64,000 bases of DNA from positions 295,988,001 through 296,052,000 of the forward strand of contig OZ024741.1 in NCBI GenBank assembly GCA_964016885.1, written 5' to 3'. The position numbers were made by a program, and so were the translations under genes. Positions within the stretch are counted from its first letter, which is position 1, and every line of letters starts with the position of its first letter. The DNA comes from Eledone cirrhosa (taxonomy: Eukaryota). Under the pieces are notes generated by a model that was given only the letters and a program-made list of their open reading frames with translations, did no database searches and had not been told where the DNA came from. Shown one piece after another: positions 1 to 13,600 of this stretch.

Positions 1-778
1 ACGTCCCTTTATGATCCGAGTTCAAATCCCGCCGAGGTTAACTTTGCCTTTCATCCTTACGGGGTCGATAAAATAAAGTACCAGTGATGCACTGGAATAA
101 TTGCTGGCCTTGTGCCAAAAGTAGAAACAATTATTATGCTGGTGGTAGATTGACAGAATCCTTAAACAATCGGACAAAATGCTACATGGCATTTTGTAGG
201 CCTTTACGTTCTGAGTTTAATTCCCGTTAAAGTCAACTTTGCCTTTTATCCTTTCATGGTTGATAAAATAAAGTACCAGCTAAATACTGATGTCGATATA
301 ATCAACTTTCCCCTCCCTCAAAATTACTAACCTTGTGTCAATATTTGGAAGTATTATGATCCAGGATTGATATAATAAAGTACCAGTTGAATATTGGGTC
401 GATATAATCAAGTTTCCCCCTCCCTAAAAATGACTAGCCTTCAGCCAATATTAGGAAGTATTATGAGGGCAGTGGATTGAGTGTGGGGCTAAACAGACCA
501 ACAAAATGTTTCACGGATTTAGTTACAACTCTTGCAGTCTGTTTTTAAATCACGATGAAGTCAACTTTACCTTTCAACCTTCCAGGATCAATAAAATAAA
601 GTACCAGTAAAGTATTGGAGTCAATAAGTTTCCGAATTCAAATCCCGCCGAGATCAACTGTGCCTATTGTCCTTCTGGTGGCAATAAATAAAGAGTACTA
701 ATCAAGTGTTTGGGTAGATATAATCGACTTTTTCTCTTCTCAACTGCTGGGCTTGTGCAAATGTTAGATACAATTATT
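1..778 (+). mobile_element. Head-to-tail cluster of about 5 partial tRNA-derived SINEs with a Nin/Deu-like core
   Basis: Repeated units of B-box GAGTTCAAATCCC, core CTTTGCCTTTCATCC..GGGGTCGATAAAATAAAGTACCAG and tail GCTGGCCTTGTGCC..AGAAACAATTATT; units start near 1, 140, 358, 466 and 630. Core assignment is from recall of the Deu/Nin domain. Confidence 0.8.
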
Positions 779-1849
779 AACGGTGTGTATATGAATGTGT
801 GCGTGTTCTTAAAAGGAGGGGGGGGGGCAGAATTGTTATAGTCATACATATACAAAAAAATGTGAAAAGATAATCGAAGAGAGCTCTGGGTGTTGGCTTT
901 GATGTTAGACATAGCAGCCAAATCACCCTCGATGCCAAATATTGTGTGCATATTATATTTTTAACAAAGTACTTGAAATTTTGAAGTTAGACTATTTGAT
1001 AGCATCTAAGGCACTCCACAACCAAATAGCGAAAGATATATCACCCGGGTGTTATATGCAAAAATCGAGGTATCTAGTGGACTTTTTTTTTTTTTTAATT
1101 CCTTGCCGAAACAGAAAAAGTGATCTTATATGTCCAGGGGTCATATATGCTATCAAATACTGGATCACCAGTTCTATCCTTTGTGGACTCCAGGCTGGGA
1201 ATCGTTGCTCTAGAAGAAACAAAGCAAAAACCAATATTCGGTGGATCGAAACTAATCTCGACTATAGTACTTTCAGAGGAATCCATAACATATTTCTCTT
1301 CTATGTGAGAGAAAACACAGAGGAATAGATGGAGCGATAATTCGAATCTTGGCAACCACGTTGCACAGTGTTTATAGTGAAGACACTTAACTTTCAACAT
1401 GGCTCCAGACCCCCACCCCCCACCCAATTCTTACCAGCTCCTCCGCTCCCAAAATGTCATCCCTTTGCAATTCTCTCCCAATACCACAACTATCACCTTT
1501 TAACTGTTGGTACTGGATTCGATCATTTTATCCAGACCAAACCATTAAAAGACAAAAAGGGCAAGAAGAGACAGTAGGATGTAATTTGCGTGATATTTGT
1601 ATTATTTTTAGCAGATATATGAACTACACAGAGGCATCTTCGTCGTTTCGGTAGCACGTTAATATCTACAAGTTGAAACACTTAAACAAATGTTAATTAA
1701 CAACTTTCATGGAAATATAATGAAGCAAATAACATCGAAGGTAAAAAATAAAAAAAATACCCACCTAATTAGAAAAAAAAATTAAATAGCTGCCTAATTA
1801 AAAGCAAACAAATCAAGATTTGATATTTAGGTAGAACTACCTGACAAAA

Positions 1850-2095
1850 CAACTTAGCCTTTCATCCTTTCGAGGTCGATAAAAAAGTACCAGTCATGTA
1901 CTGGATCGATTATTCCGCTGTATCTCTTTCTCAGTTCCATTCTCTCACTCTTTATCCTTCTCTGGAAGAAATCTGCTGTAAATTTTGTAAACCTGGAGAG
2001 GAGATGGACTCCACCAGGTTTACAAAATGTCCTAGAAACGTCATTTGCCAATACGGCACCCCTACGACTTTCCCCGGGGGTTACGAATCCATACA
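1850..2095 (+). mobile_element. SINE of the same core family with an alternative long 3' tail ending CCATAC
   Basis: Core GCCTTTCATCCTTTCGAGGTCGATAAAA, then a tail shared with 4100-4340(-), 5590-5810, 22860-23190 and 27060-27380(-). Confidence 0.75.
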
Positions 2096-3507
2096 AAAGG
2101 ATTCCAACAAACTTGTGTAAACAATGATATATATTTTTAATAATTGTCTAATTTGTTAATGTAATTATGAATAATTAATTTTAAGCTAAATCATCATTTA
2201 AATATAAATTGTGACCATGGAAAATAATTGAGGCACCTTAGATTGGGATTCCATCTGAGGTGAAATAGTCTCTCTAGATTATGTCTGAGAGACAGCGACT
2301 AAAGAGTGAGAAACAAAGATAGATACGAGGGGTGACGAGAGAGCGAGAGAGAGATGAAGAAAGAGACAAAAACATGACAAAAAACATGAACATTTTTTTA
2401 TTTTTACTTCCGTTATTAAAAAACAAAATCAATGATTTCTGGACATGGTAATTATAATTAATAATAAATACCTAATTATATAATGATAATAATTAACAAA
2501 AAACTAATTAGGTGAACATTAACTGCAATCTACAGTGAAAACATAATTGTTCACAGAAAATGATAATTTGATCAAAATTCAGTTTTTTAAAAAATATATT
2601 TAATTTTGTTTAAGTCGGGAAACTAAAACGACGTTTCCGTTGTTGGTGATCGAGTAGTTGTGACCTGAAAGGCCTCATTCGGAACAACAGGATTATGTAT
2701 TCGGTCTAGTTTGTGACCATGACGGAACTGAAAAAAGTTAAATTTAGAATCCGGATTAAAGTAGGAGTTGGTGTTGACTGGGAAAATGGCCCTGTACTTG
2801 GACTCGAACTAGTGGGTTGACACTCCTGTATCTGCTGGTCATCACGTAGACATAATCATTCAGAGAGATGCATGTGGCGTGCTGGTGCCACTGTTGCCTC
2901 ATGTGTGGGATATAATAGAAGCCAGGATTAAACTCCACGTAAGCTAGATTTAAAACAAAAATTAAATTGAGAGATGTATATGCCTTAGTGTTACTGAGAG
3001 AGAGAGAGGGAGGTCTCACTATATTCTGTCTCCAGGGTTATTTCCACAATTTTCTCTGGAGTTTCGCCGGTTTATCACTGGGACATTGACCCGTGATAAG
3101 CAGGCGAAACTCCAGAAAAACAAAACTCACTATTTAGCCTTAATAAAATGAATATTAAAACTCTGCTTCAGTACTGAGTACTCTTTTCTCTCAGCCGTCA
3201 ACCACACACACACGCGGTTGTAGTTTACTTGAATCATTGTGGAATATGAGATACAAATACAACTAAGAAATTAGTCTGGTTATTTGGAAGCCCGACAATG
3301 CGTGTTTGGTAAAAATGCCAAGGTAATAAGAAAGTAGAAGAATAAAAGAACTCAGTGAAATGAAATAAAAGAGTGAGGACGATGGAAAGTTACTTTAGCA
3401 ATTTTTAACGATAGCAAATATTTTCGGATTTTCCATCTATTATCAAGGGGAGCCCGTTGTGGGACCTCAGAGTGAAATCTGAGAAATTGCTGTTCGATAT
3501 ATATATA

Positions 3508-3606
3508 CACGGTGTCCTCAAAAAATGTATACACACTGATTACCAGTACAGGCAATATTTATTAGAATGCTGTTGAAGTGTGTATACATTTTTGGGGGAC
3601 ACCTTG
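3508..3606. mobile_element. ~100-bp Tc1/mariner-type MITE
   Basis: ~30-bp TIRs CACGGTGTCCTCAAAAAATGTATACACACT / AGTGTGTATACATTTTTGGGGGACACCTTG flanked by TA; reverse-oriented relative at 15307-15406. Confidence 0.75.
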
Positions 3607-3639
3607 TACACAGAGAGAGAGAGAGAGAGAGAGTGTGTG

Positions 3640-4090
3640 TATCAAAGAGAATCGTCCGATTTCAAAGGCTATCTTTTTTTAAATAAATGAACATAACCAT
3701 GCAGTAACTTGTACAATACATGTTTGAATATATATTTTTATTAACATTTTTTTACAAATGCTTAATATGCCCACCTCCGGACATACATCTAAACGATAGT
3801 TAATCTCATTCTATCCTCGAGTGAGCATGTCGGATGATTCTGTTTGATACCCCTTGTATGCACGTGAGAGAGAAGCCAATTATCCAGATTGGACCAATAC
3901 TTTCAGTGCTGTTTCCTTTGCTGATATTATTAGTGGATGCAACAAATGGAGGAGCATCAACGCTCTTCCGGTGACAGGAGGCGCGATTTTAACTCAGATC
4001 ACACACTGCATGTATGCATGAATATTCCCGTAACTCCATAAGCAGTCGTAAGTGCGCCGTAATGATATACAGAGTTTCTAGGACATTTCT
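3640..4090 (-). mobile_element. Possible decayed Tc1/mariner-type transposase fragment
   Basis: Minus strand near 3755-3780 reads GGGHIKHL*, resembling the GGHFEHL transposase C-terminus; weak evidence. Confidence 0.35.
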
Positions 4091-5005
4091 TAAATCTGGT
4101 GGAGCCCATGTCCTCTCCAAATCTGAATACAACAGATTTCTTCCAGAAAACAATTGAAAATGAGAGAATGGAAGTGGGAAAGAGATATAGAGAAAGAGTC
4201 GACCCCAGTACTTGAGTGATATTTTTTTAATCGACCTCGAATGGATGAAAGGCAAAGTTGACCTCGGTGGGATCTGAACTCAGAGAAACCGCAAAGCATT
4301 CTCTCCGATGTTCTAACGACTCTGCCAATTCGTCGCCTACACACACTGCAAGGATACTTTAACAATTTCAATAGGAAAAAAAAAGCGTGGGGAGGGATGC
4401 AATACATGAGGTGAAGTTTATATCTATTGGAGAATGATTTGTGTATTCACTGTAGTGTTATTAGGGTTTCACAGCCATGCGAGATTTGTGGCTGCGATAC
4501 TTTCAGACGATAATACTACATAAGGGGCCATTTAATATCAGAGAGAGAGCAACCTAGAGTTAGACAAAAGACAAGAAATATAAGATACGTGGACTGAAAA
4601 GAGAGGGAGGGAAAAATTTAACACTTCAATTGAATACATCATTAAACTAAAAATAAAAACTTGAAAGTATAAAAATCTTAGACACCATGTTAAACACCAC
4701 CACTCTTATTAGAAGTTTATCGTTACGATCTACATAATATGCTTGTTTATCATTTCTTTTGACCAGTACGTAGATTTAGAAACATGGACACTGTACGTGT
4801 ATGTATGTATGATCCTGTAACTCCTGATAGAGTCGTAGGGACGCCGTATTGACATACGCCGTTTCTTGGGCATTCTAACGACTCTGCTAATTTGCCACCT
4901 ACGTGTCTCTAGATCATTACAAATTAAAAAAGCAAGACGATTATTAAACTTTGTACTCAGTACTTAAAAAAAAAAAAGAAGTAAAATGTAGATATTTAAA
5001 ATAGG

Positions 5006-5366
5006 TACTCTCGGGTTCCAAATAATAGGGGTAGGGTGGAACAAGTGGGAGGGGTCGGTAAGTTTTCTAGGTTGTCTCTCTAGGTTGACTTTTTTTTTAA
5101 TACCAGAATTAGTCGTTTAGTTTACACACACACACACACACACACACCTATCCTATTTATTTTATAACGTATGGAATTTCTAGTAATGTTCTTTTTTTTG
5201 TCATGTATAATGTTTTTTAATGTCTAAAGAAAATTAATTATCGTAGGAATGCTATTATCTAAATTAAAATTTCGCCGGAGATAGATTAGCAAACTTTAAT
5301 AAGTGGGAGTGAAAAAAAAATTGAAAAATTAAGCGAGGTGGAACGATTATTCAATGCACGAGAGTA
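5006..5366. mobile_element. MITE with TACTCTCG...CGAGAGTA termini
   Basis: Imperfect TIRs TACTCTCGGGTTCCAAATAAT / ATTATTCAATGCACGAGAGTA; homologous copy at 49242-49630. Confidence 0.7.
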
Positions 5367-5895
5367 AGCAATATATATATATATATATATATGCGTGTGT
5401 GTGTTACATATATGTATATTACCATAATTTCCAGCAATAACAAGCAGCACCAATAAATCGAGTAACCGCAATATTGGCATGTCCTCGGGCAGTCCTTGAC
5501 TTATACAATCTTAACGAAGTTTCCTCACAAAGTAACTTCCGAAATTACCAACGCATGCGCTTTTATATGTGTGCACACGCGCGCGCATGCATTGCTTCCT
5601 GTGCTCTGAGTTCTGAGTTCAAATCCGGTTTAGGTCAAATTTTTATTTCACCGTTCCCATGTCGACATATAAAGTACCAGTCATGTACGGTGAGTTGATT
5701 CTTCCTCTCACACTCCATGTCTCTCTTTCTCCGGAGGAAGTCAGCTGTGTTCAGAATTCGAGAGTGATGGAGTTCACCAACTTTAAATGCGTATGACACG
5801 TCGTACATCACTACCTGCTTGTCTAAGCTATTATTTGTAGCGAGCGATTGACTGTTGTTACATTTATTTTATGCATTTTTTGGATCCCATATTTT

Positions 5896-5926
<31 letters not shown>

Positions 5927-6137
5927 TACGTTTTATCTCTTATCTTTAATTTCCTTATCTTTTATGTTTCCTTATCTTCAATTATTGTAACTGATTGTGG
6001 TCTTATATGTATCGGCTTCTAGCGGTGACGCGTCGTCCAAGCACCCCACTCATCTTAGTCCCCTGTGCTACATATTGATCGTTCTTGTGATATAGGTCGG
6101 TAGAGTTTATACTATTGATCTAATTCCTCTTTATAAC

Positions 6138-6182
6138 GCTCTGATGAGTCCTGCAATTATGCAAGGACGAAACACTGTCAGC
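6138..6182 (+). ncRNA. Minimal type I hammerhead ribozyme (PLE pseudo-LTR type)
   Basis: GCT-CTGATGA-GTCC(TGC..GCA)GGAC-GAAA-CACTG-TC-AGC: intact core, stem I GCT/AGC, GUC site, followed by AATAAA and a (TA)n tract. Confidence 0.85.
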
Positions 6183-6289
6183 AAATAAAGATTAATTGAT
6201 GATGTAAGCGCTCTTTGTTTTTGTTCCATATATATATATATATATATATCAAGTAAGAATATTTTCGAAACAGCGAGTGGGTTTGAAAT

Positions 6290-6495
6290 TATTAGAAATG
6301 TAAGCTATCGCCGTATTTTGACTAAAGAAATTAGAGAAATTATTTAGCCTGATAGTGGTGTTAAGAACCCTCGGAGAAATGGATGTCAATACTCATCTTT
6401 TTCCATTTCTCCGAGGGTTCTTAACCCCACTATCAGGCTAAATAATTTCTTTAATTTCTTTAGTCAAAATACGGCGATAGCTTACATTTCTAATA
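6290..6495. repeat. Inverted repeat, 94-bp arms with 18-nt spacer, between (TA)n tracts
   Basis: 6290-6383 is the reverse complement of 6402-6495 with 2 mismatches; arm is homologous to 17119-17215, downstream of a hammerhead. Confidence 0.95.
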
Positions 6496-6508
6496 TATAT
6501 ATATATAT

Positions 6509-6945
<437 letters not shown>

Positions 6946-7522
6946 ACTTTAGAATTTTATATATATATATATATATATATATGAAAAGAGGCCTCGCTAT
7001 ATGATTAAAATGTTTACCTTTTCAAAACCACCGATAATGGAGTAGGATCAATAACTCCTATGGGTGACTTTAAGGCAACCCTCTGCGAAACGTGCGTACA
7101 CATTAAAAACATAAATACATGCAAACGAAACTTCATCATTTTTTTTATTATATATATATATGTGTGTGCATGTGTGTGCGCACGCGTATATACTGGTATG
7201 TATTTTTTAAAAGGAATTGATTTTGTACCCCCACCGCCCACTTAACCATCTCCACTGTCACCGCCGCCGCCACCACTACCGCCGTAAAGCAAAAAACACA
7301 ACAAACAACCCAGTAACTTGCAGTAGAAAATATATATATATAGTACTTTCACAGAATTATAAATGACCGTTTAATACTCCACACTTCCGCTTTTCTATTA
7401 CTTCCGGTTGGGGGTAACTTTCTTTGTGGATGGACATATGGAGAGAAAATTAAATATATGTAGTATGTATGTGATATATACGTATGTGTATATGGACGCA
7501 TACAGAGACACAAACACGCACA

Positions 7523-7562
<40 letters not shown>

Positions 7563-7573
7563 CATACACACAC

Positions 7574-7641
<68 letters not shown>

Positions 7642-7656
7642 TCACACACACACACA

Positions 7657-7710
<54 letters not shown>

Positions 7711-8309
7711 TGTGTATGTTAATGAGATTGGAGCTGTTGTAGGAAGTGATGAGATACAGAGATCTGATTGGTTCTTCCTCGTGTTGATAGTTTGAGCACT
7801 CATACATACACACACACACATACGCACACACAAACATGCACGCGCACACAACCACACACACACTCACACACACTGAAGCTCATACGCAAACACTCATCGG
7901 CACAAAAACACATGCCCCCTACACTTTGCAAACAAACATACACATATATACAAACAAACCCATCACACTGATTCCCGTATACACATAAACAGCCATAAAC
8001 ACAAACCTTCACACACACACACATCATCTCATACACACAAAAGCGCATCAACCCATATATACACATATATACACAAACACTCACACACATACACATATGC
8101 ACACCAACACATATATACATATATATATATATATACCTCAAACACTCACACACACATACACACATCAACACATATATACACATATATACACAAACATTCA
8201 CACACACACATACGTACATCAATACATATATACACAGACACTCACACGCACACACATACGCACATCAACACATATATACACAAGCACTCTTACACATAAG
8301 CGCATATCA

Positions 8310-8342
<33 letters not shown>

Positions 8343-8479
8343 CATATATACTCTGATACACACGAACACTCACATGTGTGTGTACTCAGTGACATTCTAT
8401 GTGGAAATGACTTTTTGTCTGTCAATCATCATTGATGAATTTCGTACGAGGCATAGATGATGTGTTTTCCGGAGAGGAA

Positions 8480-8572
<93 letters not shown>

Positions 8573-8596
8573 TATATACATATGCACATACACATA

Positions 8597-8632
<36 letters not shown>

Positions 8633-8633
<1 letters not shown>

Positions 8634-10632
8634 TAGCTGAATGACCCGGCGTTGCCCGGGTTACTGCTGTTTTTATTCAGATTAGGAAACAATAAATATG
8701 AAGAATTTTTTTTTCTCATCTTCACTTTACATAAAATATGTCAAAGTTGTAATGATAATAGAATTGTGACCAACCGAGCACGGCGGGCTGTTTGATGTTC
8801 TGCGGCACGCGAGGCGGCGGTGGATACAGCGTTCTGGGACCTTCGGATGGCTGTCTGTATCTCGGTCTGGGATGCTCTGGCAGCTGCGGTGGAGGCGGAG
8901 TCCTTGGACCTTCGGATGGCTGTCTGTATCTCGGTCTGGGATGCTCTGGCAGCTGCGGTGGAGGCGGAGTCCTTGGACCTTCGGATGGCTGTCTGTATCT
9001 CGGTCTGGGATGCTCTGGCAGCTGCCTTGGAGGCGGAGTCCTTGGACCTTCGGATGGCTGTCTCCTGGTCGGTTTCTGCGGCACGGGAGGCGGCGGTTGA
9101 AGCAGCGTTCTTTGACCGTCTGGTGGCTGTTTGCTGTTTAGTTTCGGAGGCCCTTGCAGCAGCAGTAGTTGCAGCATTCCTCGCCCTACGAAGAGCTCTT
9201 TGGCTGTCACTCTCTGCTGCCCTAGAGGCGGCTGTTGCAACTGCATTCCGACAATTATGAATGGCACGATTCGAAGCGGTAACCGTAGATAGAGAGGCGC
9301 TGGGTTGGGCTGTGCTAGGAGTACTTAAGTTTGAAAGCGAAGTAACAGGGGTTTGTGGCCAAAAATGCAGTCCGGCATCCGTAGACTGCTCATTCAATCA
9401 CCTCTTTTTTTCAACAACAGACGATGTTTTCCTACGGCTAAGGGTACTCTTTCTTTTCAGTGGCATGGTTGCAATAGTACAGTAAACAGTAAAGGGGAAG
9501 CAGGTTTAGAGCAAAGGCAAAAAAGCGAAGGTGATAAGTAGTATTTTGGGGAAGGTAAAAAAAAAGTGACAAATTGTTACAATTTTAAGCAAGAAAAAAG
9601 TAAACAAAAAACGTACTGGGAATGGCAAAGTCCGAAAGCGAGGTCACAAAATGTAATGCAGTGAGAATGAAGCACACGTCTACACAGTAGCCTAACCAAG
9701 TAGCAAAAGTAGCGTTTGAAAACCAAAGCTTTGCAGGCCACTCAAATCAACGATAAGAGTCTGCAGAATTTTTTGATAGCAGTCTTGCCAAAACAGAATA
9801 AAAGCTGCCACTTCCAGCCGTCCTGGAAATTTTTTTTTTTTATTCAAGGCGAAAATTTGTCCACTTCTCGACCGAAAGAAAGCAAAAACTGACTCAACTG
9901 GTGCCAGGTGGTCAGAACTGGCAGGAACTGGTTTGTGTCACGTGAAGCTGTAACTATAGCAACAGTGGTTCCCTCGGTCTCAAAGACCAAAGTAAGTGGA
10001 GAGGGGAAGGTAATGTTACTGTAGCACCAACAACGTCTCTCTCTATATTCCTCGCTCAATAAAGAAGGGGGAGGGGGAAGGTAATGTTACTATAGCAACA
10101 GTGGTTCGCTCACTGACCAAAGTGGAGAGGGGAATGTAATATTTCTGTGACACCCAAAACTTCTCTCTCTATCTTCCTCTCTCTCTCTCTCTCTAAAGAA
10201 GGGGGAAGGGGAAGGTAATGTTACTATAAGACCTGTTATTCCTGTCTCTCTATATACGAAGTGGAGATTCGACCTCGAGCTTCACTCTCGACCGAATTTC
10301 GAAATGATTCGAGCACGTCAACAAAATTTAGACTCTTTTCTACCCATATTAGCAAAAAACCGGGTCAAAAAACTCAAAAGGAAAAATTTTTAACGCGTGC
10401 ATAAAATGCAACCTCATCTCCCGATTTCACCCAAAATAGACAAAAAGGTGGATTGCGGGCCCTTGGGGGGACCTATCAAAAAACAAAGTAGCCTAAGCAA
10501 TGTAAAGGGTCATGAGGAGTGATGTATACAAATTTGAGCGAGATCGGGCGAGCGGTGTAGACGCCAACCTCGAATAATGTAGCATCCACACACACACAGA
10601 CAAACACACATCCTCTGTTTTATATATATAGA
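8633..10632 (-). mobile_element. Non-autonomous Helitron (2.0 kb)
   Basis: Minus strand starts TCTATATATATAAAA at 10632 and ends with hairpin CCCGGGCAACGCCGGG plus CTAG at 8633; sits between A and T. Confidence 0.9.
8741..9466 (-). pseudogene. Helitron N-terminal ORF remnant: basic NLS-like start plus 23-aa STPR-like repeats
   Basis: ATG at 9466 (MPLKRKSTLSRRK), in-frame TGA at 9400-9398, then ~6.5 repeats such as RASQTEIQTAIRRSKDSASTAAA; 69-bp DNA period (GGAC at 8837, 8906, 8975, 9044). Confidence 0.7.
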
Positions 10633-10640
10633 TACTGCTA

Positions 10641-10673
<33 letters not shown>

Positions 10674-10674
<1 letters not shown>

Positions 10675-13600
10675 TAGCAGTTTAGCCCGGCGTTGCTCGG
10701 GTTTGTTCATTTGCTATGAAAAGTTACATACAAGTAAACGTAGCTTGAAAGCACATAAGCTTATCAGTTAAGTGCATAAAGCAGTTGAACCGGTTATTAA
10801 TAGTTACGAACCAATTAGCATTTTGGACAATCAATGATGGGTTAATAATCTTCCAATAGCGAATTTAGTAGACCAAAGTTGCAAGATGGTGGCCCTGATG
10901 CCGCTGGGTGTCAGATCTGTCCGCTATGGGTGACCCTACCAGTTTTCCAGACGGCATAGCTCCAACACCTCCAACACCTGCACCAACATCTATAGCAGCT
11001 CTTTGTAGACGATATTGCGTGTCATCCCTTGAGGAGTGTAAGCAAAAAGTGCATTCCTGCTCCCTACGCGGGAACAGGCAACATAAAGTTGGCCATGGGA
11101 GAAGCATGGCTCCCCCAAATGGATGCCCGCCACCGACAATGTTTGCCCTTGTGTCTTGTTAATGGACATGGCAAAACATGGTCTCACCGAGAATTGCGAT
11201 TGCCGGAAATCGAACGGGATATCTGACGCCGAGGGGAAAAGGTTCATCCTTGGAATGAAAACATTCTCCCCTCTCTCGCACCCCGTTACAATGGTGGCCC
11301 TCAATCAAGTGGGGCGTCAGTGACTTGACGACCATGAGAGTAACGTTGCACTGCTTTGGTGGACGCAAGTACCTTATTAGCATAATGGGACAGCCAACCC
11401 TAAGCTTAAGAATGTAAGGTGGGAGCCCTGGGGGCTCAAGGGAATTTAATAACTCAACCGGATAATTAACGATATCGTCGGGGTCTGACGTCCGGTCGAT
11501 ATATTTGAAGATGTGTTCTTTACCGGGAATCTTCTCAATCAGCTGCTCGTTAATAAAATTAACCATGGTATTTTTCGGAGCAAGGATGGCTCTTTCGCTG
11601 AGCCAATCGAGGTTTTTAAAGTTAGATGAGACAGTAGGAAAAACTGCTTCCCAAAGGTCAGAAGGGCTGCTCACAATGTTGCACAGGGAGTCGATTGCTA
11701 TGCCGCCCTTGTCATCCGCAGGACCTTGCCCTCACCAAGTGCTTAAATGTTCTGAGCAAATGCTGCAGACATGTTGTCACCATGCAAATGAGCACGCATT
11801 TTTGTGCTCAGGTACAAACTCTTCACCTGGAGCCACAACATGGACGACTTAAGGCAGGCACGCACTTCATCAGCTCTTATCCCTTTGGGGATGACAGGTA
11901 GCGTTTGCCGAAAATCCCCTGATAGCAGAAGGGTTACGCCACCCATAGGAGCCGTAGAATCCCTAATGTCTTTCAGGGTCCTGTCCACTGCCACAAGGGC
12001 ACCCTTGCGTGCATTAATCCCAAACAATGAGGCAACATTTTTTGAGAACCAGAGCTTCGTGTGAACTCTTGCTGATATTGCATGTTGGTGTCTCAGTTTT
12101 TACTAAATCCAATGGGAGTTTAAAGGTTGAATGTGCTGTCCTGCCTCCCGGCTGCAAAGTAGCAGCGATCCCGGACGATGCAACGACCAATGCAATTTTT
12201 TTCTCCTGACGAATCTTAGCGAGAATCAATTTCGTTACATAAGTTTTTCCGGTACCCCCAGGAGCATCGAGAAAGTAAATACCCCCTGTCTGATTTTGAA
12301 CCGCGTCAATGATAGTTAAATAGGCCAACCTTTGGTCCGACAGAAGTTTGGGCTCATTTTCCTCTAAGTATTGGGAAAGAGATTCGATGTCATATGCTGT
12401 TTCCCGCAACAAATCCGGAGCCAACGTGTTAGCTTCCTCTCTGACGGTTGACGGTAAGCCATACGTCGCCAACTCACTCCCACCCATGTCGAGGAAGGCA
12501 TCCTCAATATCAATGAGTGCTCTGTTGTAGATAATGTCGCTGTAACCAACTTCCACTGAAGTATACTGCAGATGAGCCAGGCGCAGGAAGTCCTCAGACA
12601 TGAAGTCTCTGTACTTCATCCATAAAGATTTGGGATCACCCAATTCACACTTTTGAAGCAAAATGGCAAAGAGTTCTCGTAGACCTTTAGGTGATTTCAA
12701 CAAAGCACCCTCTGCTAAAGTGGAATCCCACTGCGAACCATCTTCCAAAAGACCATGCTTAAAGCAGGCTTCCAGGTACGTATCACATATTTCTCCATCA
12801 ACAGTTTTGAGGTCCTGAAAACTTTGTGGGCCTACAACTCATGCAGAAGAAGGCGGAGATGAAAGCACTCATGCTGACTTGGGGGCACAGTGTAAACCCT
12901 TCCAAGACAGCTGTCAAATTTTACACCAGGATGTCTTTCAGCAGCCTGACCTGACTTTCTTCGCACCCAAGTGTTTTTCGACCATATAAAGTAGGATGGA
13001 ACCTGGGAGTACACAATTGTTTGCGCAAATGTATCGAAATGTATCAAACAAAGTTTGAAGAAACCCGTCAGAGTGGTCTCATTCGGATCGGCGGCCAACT
13101 TGGCGGCGGTTTGGTCCGTAAAGTAAACCCTTTGCCCATTTTCCAAATGTACCGCAAGCTGTACGATGGCGGGGTGACGTTGGTGTAGGGGTAAACCAAA
13201 TAGGCGCCAAAAAGCTTCATTGCTACTGATGTACCGCCCCGCCAGGTATTCTGTAACCTCGTCCCTGCTATTTTCAGCTTGAAATGCGAACATTGAGGCA
13301 TCAGAGCCCTTATTTACATATTTGCATATGTATTTTATCGACTTGACGGAGTTGCAAAACTCAACGTTGATGTGGGCGTTGAACATCTTCAAGAGAATTG
13401 GGCAGTAAGGGACCACCCATCTATTGTCGACTTGACCTCCCCTTACTGTTGTGGTGAAGCCACCGTTCTCGGGCCGTCTCCGCCATTACAGGGGGTACCC
13501 ATTGCCACCAGTCTGAGTCTAGTCAACACATTTTTGGGGTATCCCTTACTGCATGACACCCCCCTCTCAGACACGTGTGATGCTCATTAGGACCCGACGC

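Noticed and set aside
942-1328. 128-aa ORF as a host exon
   Set aside because: No recognisable motif and it crosses a poly-T run; it may be an old transposon remnant but cannot be assigned
8837-9065. Regular 69-bp repeats as a CRISPR array
   Set aside because: Contiguous tandem coding repeats without unique spacers, eukaryotic context, no cas genes
8722-9267. Proline-rich 181-aa ORF and the antisense repeat ORFs
   Set aside because: Alternative frames of the 69-bp repeat; the frame continuous with the MPLKRK start is more plausible
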